From NCBI GenBank assembly GCA_965207075.1, contig CBDBLO010000002.1, forward strand, positions 1,280,001-1,344,000: a stretch of 64,000 nucleotides of DNA. Direction: 5' to 3'. Positions 48,797-59,742 of this stretch are shown here, one piece after another. The stretch is from Nitrosopumilus sp. Its GTDB lineage: Archaea; Thermoproteota; Nitrososphaeria; Nitrososphaerales; Nitrosopumilaceae. The translations under genes were made by a program, and so were the position numbers. Under the pieces are notes generated by a model. That model did not search any database. It was given only the letters and a program-made list of their open reading frames with translations, and was not told where the DNA came from. The stretch's first letter is position 1. Every line of letters begins with the position of its first letter.

Positions 48797-49063
48797 TCAC
48801 TGCACCTTGCTTCCCTTTTTTCTCCTCTTGATGGCCCCGAAGCTTATGAGCACCAGCATGAATCCGACTGCAATCAGTATTCCGGACAGTATGCTATAGT
48901 CCTGCAGCTCCTGTTGCGCAATCAAGAGATCCAGCGTCTCCTCCTCCGTCATCCCGGACTGCCCTGCCGGCATAGACGAGCTGAACAGGGCGGATAGCGC
49001 GACTCCGACCGCGAGCATGGCCACGCCCCCCGCAAGTATCCTCTTGTCGACAAGCCATGCCAT
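48797..49063 (-). CDS. Small two-TM membrane protein
   Basis: Two hydrophobic helices, basic tail. Confidence 0.65.
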   Translation of the reverse strand: MAWLVDKRILAGGVAMLAVGVALSALFSSSMPAGQSGMTEEETLDLLIAQQELQDYSILSGILIAVGFMLVLISFGAIKRRKKGSKVQ

Positions 49064-49182
49064 GATGGGTATGTGCAGTCTTGGAAATATAATGTTAGCC
49101 TGGTTGCCGGTGTGTGCAGCGGAGCTACCCCTCCCTGCGGCCGCGCTCGCCTGCCGGGTGCGCCGCCTCCGGACTCGGTCCT

Positions 49183-50025
49183 TTACCCCGTCTGCAGTTT
49201 CGGGGCTATGCTGGGCCTAAACGGTTTTGGCAGCAGTCCCCTCTGCGACGCCATCTCAAACATCGTGTTGATCGCCTTCTCACCTGCGTCCCCCATGTCG
49301 ACGGTCTTCTCGTTGACGTACATGCGGACAAACTCCTTGATCATGTCACTGGGCTTGCCCCTCGAGTACCTCATGGCGTACTGCAGGGCTTCTTCCTCGT
49401 TCTCCTTCCCGTAGAGTATCGAGTCGTGCAGGTACCTGTCAAACTTTGCAATGGCCTCTGTCCCGATGTCCGTGCGCATTACGTTGACCCCGAGCGGCAC
49501 CGGCAGCCCGCCCGTGGCCTCGTCCCACCACTTGCCGAGGTCCGCCACCTTTGCGAGGCCCTCGTCCTCGTATGACAGCTGGGTCTCGTGTATGACGAGG
49601 CCAGCGTCGGCCCTGCCCGACCTGACCTCCTCTGGAACGCGGGAAAACTCGGTCTCCACGTACTCGAACTCCCCTATCGCGAGCTGCAGCAGAAGGAACG
49701 CCGATGTCATCCTGCCGGGTATGGCGATCTTGGCGCCCCTGAGGCCGTCCAGGCCCGTCCCGTCCATGGCGGTTACTATCGGGCCGTACCCGAGTCCAAA
49801 GCTTCCGCCGCTTCTGAGTATGGTGTATCCTGGAATGTACGCGCACGCGTGGACCGAGACGGCAGTCACGTCCAGCTGCGGCGAGGCGGCCCTCTTGTTG
49901 AGCGCCTCTATGTCCTCTACCACGTGCTCAACGCTGAACCCGGGCGACGGAATGCCGCCCTCCAGCATCCCGTAAAACATGAACGCGTCATCCGAGTCCG
50001 GCGTGTGCCCGACAGTTACTTTCAA
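49183..50025 (-). CDS. mqnD: 1,4-dihydroxy-6-naphthoate synthase (futalosine pathway)
   Basis: GHTPDSDDAFMFYG, GYGPIV, IAIPG, GLVIHE, LPVPLG; TTG start. Confidence 0.85.
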   Translation of the reverse strand: MKVTVGHTPDSDDAFMFYGMLEGGIPSPGFSVEHVVEDIEALNKRAASPQLDVTAVSVHACAYIPGYTILRSGGSFGLGYGPIVTAMDGTGLDGLRGAKIAIPGRMTSAFLLLQLAIGEFEYVETEFSRVPEEVRSGRADAGLVIHETQLSYEDEGLAKVADLGKWWDEATGGLPVPLGVNVMRTDIGTEAIAKFDRYLHDSILYGKENEEEALQYAMRYSRGKPSDMIKEFVRMYVNEKTVDMGDAGEKAINTMFEMASQRGLLPKPFRPSIAPKLQTG

Positions 50026-50221
50026 TGAATCGCGCGTGCAATGTCGTAATAAAAACCAAAATACCGGAGCGTCTGGGCCGCACGACCGGACAACGCAACC
50101 CCGGCGCCGGGCATCCCAGAATATGGCAGGGTGCCGCACGCGTGGGGGGGGGGGGACGGAGATGGGATGGGAAAGGACGCGCCGACGTCACGTATATAGC
50201 GCCGCCTTCCACGGGCGGTGT

Positions 50222-51229
50222 TTGAACAGCATCGACGCGTACAGGAAGGAGATCCGGATGCAGGTGCCGTACGTGCAGGAGTATGATCCGTCGCCAATAC
50301 GGCCCATCCCAGACGGCTCCCTGGATGGCGCAATATTTGCCGGCTGCGGCGACTCGCTTGCGGCCGCGATGCTCGCCGAGTACTTTTCGGGCTGGCGCTC
50401 AAAGGCGGCGGATCCAAGCGAGCTGGCGGAGGGCCCCGCGCCTGCATCCCTGCCCCCCGGGAGAAGGGTTCCGTACCTGATATCTGTATCCGGCGAGACT
50501 GCCGCCAACGTCAGGGCGGCCGGCGCGTGCCGTAATGCCGTAGCGGTAACCGCAAACCCGGACAGCAGGCTTGCCGACCTTGCGTCCGGCCACACCGTCC
50601 GGCTTGACTTTCCGCGCACCGGCGTGTCCACTGCCGGAAGCATCTCCTTTACGTCAAGCGTCCTTGCATGCCTCTCCCTCGTGAACCCCGGTGCGCTCCC
50701 GCCGCTTGCGGAGCACGCGCGCTCCATGTTTGAGCGTGCGGAGCGCGACGCCACCCGGATCAGGATCCGCGGCTCCCTCTACATACTGGGCGGCGTGGCA
50801 ACGTATCCGCTTGCGATGTATGCGGCGGCAAAGTTCTACGAGGTCCTCGGATACGACGCCAGGCATGTGCGCACCGAGCAGTTCCACCACATGGAGGTCT
50901 TCTCCGCGCGCGAGGGTGATACCGTCATGCTGTTCGAGGAGCCGCGGGGGCGCACATCGGATCTGGTCGGCCCGCTTAGGGAGGCGGGGCTGCACGCGTT
51001 CTGCGTCTCCCCCTCGGGTTCGGCGGCTGCCTCGGGTGACGCCGATGTCTCGGATGGCAACGGTGCCGGTGACGGCCGCGGCCCCCGTGCGTGGGCCCCG
51101 CGCGTACTGTACTATGCGTTTTTGTCACAACTGCTGACGCTCAGGATTGCAGACGAGTCGGGCATTTCAGAATGCCACTATGTGTCTGCCGCGCGGCTGC
51201 GGGGCGCAAGCAACGCGGCGATATACTGA
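50222..51229 (+). CDS. SIS-domain sugar isomerase-like protein
   Basis: FAGCGDS, ISVSGET, AVTANPDS, KFYE; start reassigned. Confidence 0.8.
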   Translation: MNSIDAYRKEIRMQVPYVQEYDPSPIRPIPDGSLDGAIFAGCGDSLAAAMLAEYFSGWRSKAADPSELAEGPAPASLPPGRRVPYLISVSGETAANVRAAGACRNAVAVTANPDSRLADLASGHTVRLDFPRTGVSTAGSISFTSSVLACLSLVNPGALPPLAEHARSMFERAERDATRIRIRGSLYILGGVATYPLAMYAAAKFYEVLGYDARHVRTEQFHHMEVFSAREGDTVMLFEEPRGRTSDLVGPLREAGLHAFCVSPSGSAAASGDADVSDGNGAGDGRGPRAWAPRVLYYAFLSQLLTLRIADESGISECHYVSAARLRGASNAAIY

Positions 51230-51305
51230 CGGCGCCGCGCCCGGGCCCGCTTCCGCGCGCGTCTTCCAAGCCAAGATTTAATAGATGATCTCAGAGCGTC
51301 CGGCT

Positions 51306-53498
51306 ATGGTAAAGTTCAAGTCGACCGGCGAGGTCCTCAAGATAATCAAGAACAAGGATCAGATCCGCAACTTTGGCGTCATCGCCCACGTCGACCACGG
51401 CAAGACGACGATGAGCGACAGCCTCCTTGCATATTCCGGCATCATAGCCCCGTCGGCTGCAGGAAAGGCGCTCGCCATGGACTTTGACAAGGAGGAGCAG
51501 CAGAGGGGCATCACCATATACCAGGCAAACGTCACGCTGCACTTTTCGCAGGCCGGCAAGGAGTACGTGATAAACATGATAGACACCCCGGGGCACGTGG
51601 ATTTCAGCGGCAGGGTGATCAGGAGCCTGCGCGCCATCGACGGCGCGGTGGTGGTGTGCGACGCGGTAGAGGGCATAATGACTCAGACTGAGACCGTCAC
51701 GCGCATGGCCCTCGAGGAGCGGGTGCGCCCTGTGCTGTTCATAAACAAGGTGGACCGCCTGATAAAGGAGCTCCGGCTCACCCCCGAGAAGATGCAGCAG
51801 CAGCTCGCGGACGTGGTGTCCAACTTTAACCGGCTCATAGACACGTACGCGGAGCCCGAGTACAGGGAGAAGTGGAAGGTCTCCATACAGGACGCAAGCG
51901 TAACGTTCGGCTCCGCAAAGGACAGGTGGGCCATCAACATAGACATGATGAAGGAGCGCGGAATCACATTCAAGGACGTCATCGACGCCTACGAGGGCGA
52001 GAAGGTGCCGGAACTGGTGGAGAAGGCACCCCTCGCCGACGCCGTCCTCGGGATGGTGGTAAAGCACCACCCCCCGCCACACGAGGCAGTAAAGTATAGG
52101 ATACCACAGATATGGAAGGGCGACCTCGACTCGGACGTCGGCAAGGCGCTGCTGGCGTGCAGCGACGACGGGCCCACCATAATGATGGTCGTAAACATGG
52201 TGCTCGATCCGGCCGCCGGACCCGTCGCCATAGGCAGGCTGTTCTCCGGTACGGTCAGGGACGGCCAGACAATCCACATAATAGACGAAAAGCGCGAGGG
52301 GCGCATCCAGTCCGTCAACTTCTTCATGGGGAACCAGCGTGAGCAGGTCGGCGAGCTGGGAGCAGGGAACATACCCGCGCTGCTCGGACTCACGGAGGCC
52401 AGGGCCGGGAACACCGTGTCCGCGGTCAAGGAGATGCCCGTGTTTGAGGGGGTAAAGTACGTCTCCGAGCCCGTCGTGCAGGTGGCCATAGAGCCAAAAC
52501 ACCCCAAGGACCTGCCAAAGCTGGTCGACGTACTAAAACAGCTTACCATAGAGGATCCGAACCTCGTGGTGAAGATAGACGAGGAGAGCGGCGAGACCAT
52601 AGTCGCGGGGATGGGGGTGCTGCACCTCGACGTCGCGACGCACCGCATACAGGACGCAAAGCTCGAGATCGTCACGTCCGAGCCGCTGATAAACTACCGC
52701 GAGACCGTGCACTCCTCCTGCGAGGCCGTCATGGCAAAGTCCCCCAACCGGCACAACAAGATCTTCATGAGGGTCGAGCCGCTGGAGCCCGAGATTGCCG
52801 AGATGCTCCGCACGGGCGAGATCAGTGACATGAAGGACAAGAAGACGGTATCTGACCTGCTAAAGGGGGCCGGCTGGGACACGGACACCATAAAGAGGGT
52901 TATGAGGCTCGACTCGCGCGGAAACGTGCTGATAAACGGCACCAAGGGAGTGCAGTTCGTCCAGGAGTCGACTGACTCCATAAACTCCGGGTTTGACGAG
53001 GTGATGAAGGAGGGACCGCTGTGCAGGGAGCAGATGCGCGACTGCAAGTTCACGTTTACGCACTTTGTGCCGCACGAGGATACGGCGCACCGCGGGCTCT
53101 CGCAGCTGGGGCCCGCGTCGAGGCGCGCGTGCATGGGGGCCCTGCTGACTGCTGGCACCGCCATACTGGAGCCGATGCTTGCAATAGAGGTGCGCGTCCC
53201 GACCGATTTGGTCGGTAACGTCGCGACCGTCCTGTCCGGCAAGCGCGGCAAGGTACTTGACATGTCGCAGATGGGCGCGTCAAGCATAGTGACCGGTGAG
53301 ATACCCGCCTCCGAGACGTTCACTTTATCCGAGGAGATGAGGGGACAGACTGCCGGCAGGGCCACGTGGAATACGTCGTTCAAGGAGTGGAGCGAGGTGC
53401 CAAAGTCCATGCTCACAAGCACCATATCGGAGATTAGAAAGCGCAAGGGACTCTCGCCGGAACCACCCAGGGCCGACGAGTTCATCGACAAGGAATAG
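51306..53498 (+). CDS. fusA: Translation elongation factor EF-2
   Basis: AHVDHGKTT, DTPGH, NKVD, diphthamide loop PHEDTAHRG; TTTAATA at 51277-51283. Confidence 0.98.
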   Translation: MVKFKSTGEVLKIIKNKDQIRNFGVIAHVDHGKTTMSDSLLAYSGIIAPSAAGKALAMDFDKEEQQRGITIYQANVTLHFSQAGKEYVINMIDTPGHVDFSGRVIRSLRAIDGAVVVCDAVEGIMTQTETVTRMALEERVRPVLFINKVDRLIKELRLTPEKMQQQLADVVSNFNRLIDTYAEPEYREKWKVSIQDASVTFGSAKDRWAINIDMMKERGITFKDVIDAYEGEKVPELVEKAPLADAVLGMVVKHHPPPHEAVKYRIPQIWKGDLDSDVGKALLACSDDGPTIMMVVNMVLDPAAGPVAIGRLFSGTVRDGQTIHIIDEKREGRIQSVNFFMGNQREQVGELGAGNIPALLGLTEARAGNTVSAVKEMPVFEGVKYVSEPVVQVAIEPKHPKDLPKLVDVLKQLTIEDPNLVVKIDEESGETIVAGMGVLHLDVATHRIQDAKLEIVTSEPLINYRETVHSSCEAVMAKSPNRHNKIFMRVEPLEPEIAEMLRTGEISDMKDKKTVSDLLKGAGWDTDTIKRVMRLDSRGNVLINGTKGVQFVQESTDSINSGFDEVMKEGPLCREQMRDCKFTFTHFVPHEDTAHRGLSQLGPASRRACMGALLTAGTAILEPMLAIEVRVPTDLVGNVATVLSGKRGKVLDMSQMGASSIVTGEIPASETFTLSEEMRGQTAGRATWNTSFKEWSEVPKSMLTSTISEIRKRKGLSPEPPRADEFIDKE

Positions 53499-53650
53499 CC
53501 GCCTCTGTCGTTGCTGTACCCGGGGTACGCTCGAAGTCCGAGCACCTCTGTCTTATTCGGATACGGGCAGGCCTTGCGCACGTGGGGCCCGGAGGATGTG
53601 AAAGGGCGGAGTGACCCACCCCCAGGCTCCTCCACGTCGCAGTCTGTAAT

Positions 53651-53700
53651 AATACTTATATTATGTCATATGTATTACATAATATTGAGAAATATGACAA
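53651..53700. promoter_or_regulatory. AT-rich palindromic operator/promoter region upstream of cdc48
   Basis: IRs ATATTATGT(53658-53666)/ACATAATAT(53677-53685) and TGTCATAT(53664-53671)/ATATGACA(53692-53699). Confidence 0.5.
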
Positions 53701-53842
53701 CGTTCCTAGACTATGGGTCTGAGGGAATCATCAGGCGCGCGCCCGACGGAATATTTGCATGGCCCTCCTGCAGGGACGGCATCCCCGGGACGGCGCCCGG
53801 GACGGCGGAGGCTGGGCCTCCTCAAACCATTGGGGGGATACC

Positions 53843-55984
53843 ATGAGCGAGATTGTCCTGAAGATCGACGAAATCCCGCAGCAGTATGTCGGCGGGGGCA
53901 AAGCAATCGTCGATCCCAAGGTGCTCGAGGGCGCAAACTGGGGTACCGGGCAGATCTTGGAACTGTCCTATAACAAGAAGACCCACGTGAGGCTGTGGCC
54001 GGGGCTCCCTGAAGAGTACGGGGCCGGGCTGATCAGAATCGACGGGGTTACCCGGCAGAACATCGGGGCCGGAATAGGGGACAGGATCTCGATAAAGTCC
54101 GTAGAGGCCGCGGACGCCGAGCAGATCGTCCTGTCGCCGACCGAGAAGGTCCGCGCGGAGGGGCTGGAGGACTACATGACATACAACTATCTCAACCACG
54201 TCTTTACGACCGGCGACACGATCACCCTCGGCACGCAGCTGGGCGGGAGGGTCCAGTTCGTCGTCACGAGCACAAAACCTGCAAAACCCGTGATCGTCAC
54301 GGAGGACACCTCCTTCCGGCTGGGTTCCATGACCAAGGCGGTGGACGCCACGGTCTCCAGAATTACCTACGACGAACTGGGCGGGCTCAAGGGCGAGGTC
54401 CAGAAGATCCGCGAGATGGTCGAGCTGCCGATGAGGCATCCCGAGCTGTTTGAGAAGATAGGCGTAGAGGCCCCGAAGGGCGTTCTCCTGTACGGCCCGC
54501 CCGGGACCGGCAAGACGCTGCTGGCAAAGGCGGTGGCAGGGGAGACCAACGCCCACTTCATCTCGCTGAGCGGGCCCGAAATCATGGGCAAGTACTACGG
54601 GGAGAGCGAGGAGAGGATCCGGGAGATCTTCAAGCAGGCAGAAGAGAACTCGCCGAGCATAGTATTCATTGACGAGATCGACTCCATTGCGCCAAAGCGC
54701 GACGAGGTGTCCGGGGAGGTGGAAAAAAGGATCGTCTCCCAGCTCCTGACCCTGATGGACGGGATGGAGAGCAGGGGCAAGGTGGTGGTCATTGCAGCCA
54801 CGAACAGGCCCGACTCGATTGATCCGGCTTTGAGGAGGCCCGGGCGGCTCGACAGGGAGATCGAGATCGGAATTCCCGACGACGACGGACGGCTTGAGAT
54901 CCTCTCAATACATACGCGCGGAATGCCGATAGACGAGAAGGTGGACTTGAAGAGGATCTCAAAGATCACGCACGGCTTTGTCGGGGCGGACCTCGAGGTC
55001 CTCTCAAAGGAGGCCGCAATGAGGTCCCTGCGGAGAGTCCTGCCCGAGATTGACCTTGACCAGGAAAAGATCCCCCCGACACTGCTGCAGAAGATCCAGA
55101 TCACCGAGGAGGACTTTGGGAGCGCGCTAAAGGAGGTGAGGCCGAGCGCGCTGCGCGAGGTCCAGGTCCAAGTCCCTGACGTGGAGTGGGACGACGTGGG
55201 GGGCCTCGGGGATCTCAAGGAGGAGCTGCGCCAGGCCGTGGAATGGCCGGTCAAGCACAGGGAGGCCTACGACTACGCGGGCGTCGAGGCGCCAAAGGGG
55301 ATCCTCCTGCACGGCCCCCCGGGGACCGGCAAGACCCTGATTGCCAAGGCGCTGGCAAAGATGACTGACTCTAACTTTATCAGCATCAAGGGGCCGGAAC
55401 TGCTCTCAAAATGGGTCGGTGAGTCTGAAAAGGGCGTAAGGGAGATATTCAGAAAGGCCCGGCAGGCAGCCCCGTGCATAGTATTCCTTGATGAGGTGGA
55501 CGCGCTGGTCCCGCGGCGGGGCAGTTCTGGCTCCGACTCGCATGTAACCGAAAGCGTGGTGTCCCAGATCCTGACTGAGATTGACGGGCTTGAAGAGCTG
55601 CACGACGTGCTGATAATCGGCGCCACGAACAGACTGGACATCGTAGACGAGGCCCTGCTGAGGCCCGGAAGGTTTGATCGCGTCATCGAGGTGCCGCATC
55701 CAGATCCCAGGGGTAGGGAGCAGATCCTCAAGATCCACACAAAAAAGAAACCGCTTGCAGGCGACGTCAGCATGCCGGAGCTGGTGGAACTGACGGACGG
55801 CTTTAGCGGCGCAGAGATCGCAGCAGTGGCCAACGCCGCGGCAACTGCCGCATTGAAGAGGTACGTCAGCGGCAAGCATGGGGGCCTCGAGGAGATCAAG
55901 ATCACCCAGAAGGACTTGGTCGAGGCGGCAGGCAGGATCAGGCCTGACAAAAGAAGTGTGCTCGCGGCACGGCCTGCAAAATAA
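53843..55984 (+). CDS. cdc48: CDC48/VCP-family AAA+ ATPase
   Basis: Two AAA modules [20 protein letters not shown]. Confidence 0.95.
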   Translation: MSEIVLKIDEIPQQYVGGGKAIVDPKVLEGANWGTGQILELSYNKKTHVRLWPGLPEEYGAGLIRIDGVTRQNIGAGIGDRISIKSVEAADAEQIVLSPTEKVRAEGLEDYMTYNYLNHVFTTGDTITLGTQLGGRVQFVVTSTKPAKPVIVTEDTSFRLGSMTKAVDATVSRITYDELGGLKGEVQKIREMVELPMRHPELFEKIGVEAPKGVLLYGPPGTGKTLLAKAVAGETNAHFISLSGPEIMGKYYGESEERIREIFKQAEENSPSIVFIDEIDSIAPKRDEVSGEVEKRIVSQLLTLMDGMESRGKVVVIAATNRPDSIDPALRRPGRLDREIEIGIPDDDGRLEILSIHTRGMPIDEKVDLKRISKITHGFVGADLEVLSKEAAMRSLRRVLPEIDLDQEKIPPTLLQKIQITEEDFGSALKEVRPSALREVQVQVPDVEWDDVGGLGDLKEELRQAVEWPVKHREAYDYAGVEAPKGILLHGPPGTGKTLIAKALAKMTDSNFISIKGPELLSKWVGESEKGVREIFRKARQAAPCIVFLDEVDALVPRRGSSGSDSHVTESVVSQILTEIDGLEELHDVLIIGATNRLDIVDEALLRPGRFDRVIEVPHPDPRGREQILKIHTKKKPLAGDVSMPELVELTDGFSGAEIAAVANAAATAALKRYVSGKHGGLEEIKITQKDLVEAAGRIRPDKRSVLAARPAK

Positions 55985-56132
55985 CCCCGTCATAATGCCC
56001 TCTTGCGCATCTGCTCGCGCAGGTACCCTTGAGACGTGTTGCATCTGGGGCCAAAAATTAGTCGGCCAACCCTGCTTTGGCCCTGCTGCCGGCCCCGCCT
56101 AGTTTTTTATTCGGGGGCACGTTGCGGCCCCC

Positions 56133-56372
56133 ATGGGACTGCTGTACACAAAGCTGTACATTGACTTTGACCCCGGGCAGTGGGAGCAGGTTGCAAGCGA
56201 TCCGGTGTCGTTTAGGACCCGCGCAGAAGGGGTCACGCTTGACGTGGAGGACACGTCCCACAAGCCCTACCGGCTTGTGTTCAAGGAGGGCGGCAGGGTC
56301 TCGATAATGCGCGTCACAGGCAAGTACCGCATCTTGTGGGATGACGGCGACGCGTCTGTGCAGCGTCAGTAG
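56133..56372 (+). CDS. Conserved hypothetical protein
   Basis: 79-aa ORF; TTTTTAT about 25 nt upstream. Confidence 0.7.
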   Translation: MGLLYTKLYIDFDPGQWEQVASDPVSFRTRAEGVTLDVEDTSHKPYRLVFKEGGRVSIMRVTGKYRILWDDGDASVQRQ

Positions 56373-56464
56373 CAACAGTAGCGGCGGCCGCAGCGGGGGC
56401 TGCCGCGACTGCCGCATGCGGGTCCTGCCTGCGGGGGAAAAACCTTGCTGTTTCTGGCCCTGAC

Positions 56465-57801
56465 TGAAGAGTCGGGGAATCATGTCACCCCGACGCATAA
56501 GAGAGCCGACATGGAGGGAGGCGTAATGACACCTCAAACCAAGTATGACGAACATGTCCTCATACAGGAACAAAGGGAGGAGACCGAGCGCATACTCAAG
56601 ACCGCCAGCGAGAAGGGCAGGAAGCCCATACGCAAGCTGGACACGCTTGACGCAAGGTTCATCGTCCGCGAAAAGAGGAGGGGGACAAGCAACAAGACGA
56701 TTGCAGGCATCCTGAAGGTCTGCATAAGGCAGGTGCAGCGCATCTGGAGCCGGTTCAGGCGCCTCGACACGGGGCGGATACTGTACCTTCCAAGGCGCCC
56801 CGGCAGGCACCGGAAGGGCGAGCCGGGGCGCAGGGAGCACTCCGCGGTTTTGGCCGCGTTCGGCCGGGTCGTAAACGGCGCGTCTGCCACATACTGGCAC
56901 ATCAGGAACGCGGGGGACCACGTCCCAAAGGACGCCGTGCACCGGGTGCTGCTTGAGAACGGGCTGGCGCGCGAGGAGCACGCCAAGAAGAGGCAGCGCA
57001 GGTACGTGAGGTACGAGCGGAGGCACAGCAACACGCTCTGGCACACGGACTATACGCAGCTGGAGGACGGGAGGTGGCTGATCGTATACGTGGACGACTC
57101 GTCCCGGTACATCGTCGGACACGGCGTGTTTGACCGCGCCACGTCCGAGAACGCCACCGCGGTCTTCAAGCAGGCCTGCCTGGCGCACGGGACGCCGTAC
57201 TCGGTCCTGACCGACCACGGATCCCAGTTCTACGCCATGGAGTCCGAGGCAAAGCGCGAAAGGGGGCGCACGCACTTTGAGGAGCACCTCGGGGACGCCG
57301 GCGTAAAGCAGATCCTGGCGCGCGTGGGGCATCCCCAGACCAATGGCAAGGCGGAGCGCGTGTTCAAGGAGTACAAGTACAAGGTGGGGCACTTTGCCGA
57401 CGTTGCGGGACCGCCGGGCACGGCGGCCCCGTTTGGCGCCCCCGCCGCAATGGAGAGCGACCCGACTGCCAGGTTCGTCAGGAACCACAACAACAAGCCG
57501 CACGGCAGCCTGTACGGGCAGACGCCCGCGGACGCATACCGCGAGCGGAGGCTCCCAGAGGGCCGGTCATACAAGGATGACGACGGGTAAGACACCTCAG
57601 TCAACCCCGCCGTAGGACCCTCCAGCGTATGCTGCGCACGATCATGTAAAAGCGTACCTTTCGCGGCAGTTCGCGCACGTCGGGCACGCTGCCGGCCGCT
57701 TGGGCTGGCCCAGCGGAACCGGGAATTCAAAATTCATATGGAGTCCAGGCATGCGTGGAGCAATGTCACGACACACCGTGACATCATTTTCCGACTCTAC
57801 A
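56465..57801 (+). mobile_element. IS481-family insertion sequence, copy 2 (1337 bp)
   Basis: Same TIRs as copy 1; 15-bp TSD GTTTCTGGCCCTGAC at 56450-56464 and 57802-57816. Confidence 0.95.
56526..57590 (+). CDS. IS481-family transposase
   Basis: Differs from copy 1 at three visible residues (V/A, R/H, A/T); DDE intact. Confidence 0.92.
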   Translation: MTPQTKYDEHVLIQEQREETERILKTASEKGRKPIRKLDTLDARFIVREKRRGTSNKTIAGILKVCIRQVQRIWSRFRRLDTGRILYLPRRPGRHRKGEPGRREHSAVLAAFGRVVNGASATYWHIRNAGDHVPKDAVHRVLLENGLAREEHAKKRQRRYVRYERRHSNTLWHTDYTQLEDGRWLIVYVDDSSRYIVGHGVFDRATSENATAVFKQACLAHGTPYSVLTDHGSQFYAMESEAKRERGRTHFEEHLGDAGVKQILARVGHPQTNGKAERVFKEYKYKVGHFADVAGPPGTAAPFGAPAAMESDPTARFVRNHNNKPHGSLYGQTPADAYRERRLPEGRSYKDDDG

Positions 57802-57972
57802 GTTTCTGGCCCTGACGTCACGGCAAGCAGTACAACCGCGCAAAAACGGCGTGCGCCATGTCGGGTGCCGCCCTCCCGGCAGCCCGCCCGGCTCTCCCCC
57901 GCGCCTTGCGCGCCTTTTCACTGGAAGTCCACGGCGCCAGAAAATAAAAGGGGGCCGCTAGGCGTCCGTGTC

Positions 57973-58209
57973 GTGAGTCTTGAGGATAGCGCCCGCAGTC
58001 TGGCCGCGGACTTTGATAACGCGCCTGTCCAGGACGTTCTCTCGGTACTTGAAGGGGTGATCCCGCTGCTTCGGAGCGAATCTGTTGCCTCTTATCTGCA
58101 GAAAAAACTGGACGGGCTGAAGGGTGAGACTGACGAGTCGGCGCGCCGCGCAAAGTGCGCCGCGCTCAGGCCCTACGTGGACTGGTACCTGCAGGGATTG
58201 CAGAAATAA
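57973..58209 (+). CDS. Small helical hypothetical protein
   Basis: GTG start about 25 nt after AAAATAAAA; ends PYVDWYLQG. Confidence 0.6.
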   Translation: MSLEDSARSLAADFDNAPVQDVLSVLEGVIPLLRSESVASYLQKKLDGLKGETDESARRAKCAALRPYVDWYLQGLQK

Positions 58210-58474
58210 CGCATTTCACATAGTGGGCGGCAAAACCGCTTTTCCTGCATGCTTGTGTCCACAACCGTCGCGCAGCCAGATGCTGCCCGCGCCCTGCCCC
58301 GAATGATCTTCGCACCGCTCGGGGCCGTGCGGGCGCTAGTCCTATCCTACGGGACCGGAGGACATCTGCAATGGTGGTGGCGGCGCGGGCGCTGTTTTTT
58401 CATTTTCTGTCGGGCAGAGTCCGGACGCTCGTGGATCCTGCAGTCTGCGCCTACTGCATGACCGTCATGTCAGC

Positions 58475-58963
58475 TTACTCTTCCATTCCTGTCGCCTGTC
58501 GGCCTCCGCCTTCAAACACCCCTATGCTCTGGAGCGCCCGCTCGATCTCGTCCTTGTCCCCCACTGCGGCCTCCATGTCTCCTATCAGCTTTACAAAGTA
58601 CTCGTATCCCGTATCTTGGGCTTTGGCTATGTCGGATCTGTAGCACGCAAGCGCCTTTTTCATGAACGGCACGTCGTCGGCAAGGCCGCCAAGACCTCCT
58701 TTGCCGCTGCCGCCGCTCTCTGCGCCACTCCCACCACCGCCAAGACACTCGAGTACCCTGCGCGATACAGCGTCGATCTCAGGTATCGTCTTGGCCGCTT
58801 GCTGCTGCAGGACCGACGAGAACATGCCGGCCGCGCCCTTTAGCTCCGGGCTTTCTGACAGCGTGCTTAGCCTCCTCTTGTAATGGTTCAGTGACTTTAG
58901 TGTGATCTTGTATCCTCCCTCTTCTTTTAGGTATATGCCGCCCAGCCAGATCCTGTCCACCAT
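58475..58963 (-). CDS. Conserved hypothetical protein
   Basis: MVDRIWLGGIYLKEEGGY, C-terminal part of the 448-aa ORF. Confidence 0.7.
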   Translation of the reverse strand: MVDRIWLGGIYLKEEGGYKITLKSLNHYKRRLSTLSESPELKGAAGMFSSVLQQQAAKTIPEIDAVSRRVLECLGGGGSGAESGGSGKGGLGGLADDVPFMKKALACYRSDIAKAQDTGYEYFVKLIGDMEAAVGDKDEIERALQSIGVFEGGGRQATGMEE

Positions 58964-59169
58964 GCGCCCAGTCTGCTGTGGCGTCGTTAATAGGTTGTTG
59001 CGGCAGGTGCGCATGCGCCAACCATTAAGGACTTGTGCCTGCCGCCCCGCACCCCCGTTCTCGCGGGCAGGGGGCCTGAGCCTGCACGTAATTACTCGCG
59101 GCATGCCGCCGTTGCCCCTCCGCGTCGCTGCAGCCGCCCATGCATCCCCGCCCCGCCCGGTGCATTCGC

Positions 59170-59742
59170 CTAGTTCCGCAGACCTATCTCGCGCGACATG
59201 CGCCGCACCTTGTAGGCCGTCAGCCCGTTTAATCCAAAAACCACCGCCAGTCCTGCATATGCCAGGATCTGGCTGTTCTCTATGAGCACGCCCGAGACCC
59301 CCGCCCCCAGCACGCTTGGCAGCAGAGACAGGACGTAGAGCCACCACCCGCAGCACCCAAGCGGCACCAACGCAAAGAACGAAAAGAACGAGGCCGCCGC
59401 AGACGATGCTGCCACTCCCCCCGTTCCCCTGCCTTGATCCCCGGCGCCTGCCTCCCCTCCGCCTCTCCCGGAGCCTGGCGCGACCCTGCATCCTGCGAGC
59501 CTCCTCCTCTTCTCTGCAAGGTGCGCCTGGAGCCCGGTCCCTGCGCCTATCCCGACTATTATGGCCGGGTTTGTCACCAGGGTCACGTACAGGGCGGACT
59601 CTGCGGGAAGCGACGGGGTTGTTGCAACCACCACGGCCGCGTACGCCAGGATGGCCAGCCCCCCGAACAGGACAGGCCTTACAGGAATGGAAGATACGAT
59701 TATGGCTCGTACACCTCCGTATCCGGATGGAATGCGATCCAC
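59170..59742 (-). CDS. Membrane protein with intramembrane CC motif
   Basis: About four TM helices, PLGCCGWW; start uncertain (overlaps upstream gene end). Confidence 0.65.
   Translation of the reverse strand: MDRIPSGYGGVRAIIVSSIPVRPVLFGGLAILAYAAVVVATTPSLPAESALYVTLVTNPAIIVGIGAGTGLQAHLAEKRRRLAGCRVAPGSGRGGGEAGAGDQGRGTGGVAASSAAASFFSFFALVPLGCCGWWLYVLSLLPSVLGAGVSGVLIENSQILAYAGLAVVFGLNGLTAYKVRRMSREIGLRN

Noticed and set aside
56058-57503. Long antisense ORFs over the transposases and housekeeping genes
   Set aside because: Expected shadow ORFs in GC-rich DNA, with no motifs or plausible composition.
34665-57801. Composite transposon or inversion bounded by the two inverted IS481 copies
   Set aside because: Each copy has its own matching 15-bp TSD, so they are independent insertions and the segment between has not been inverted or moved.
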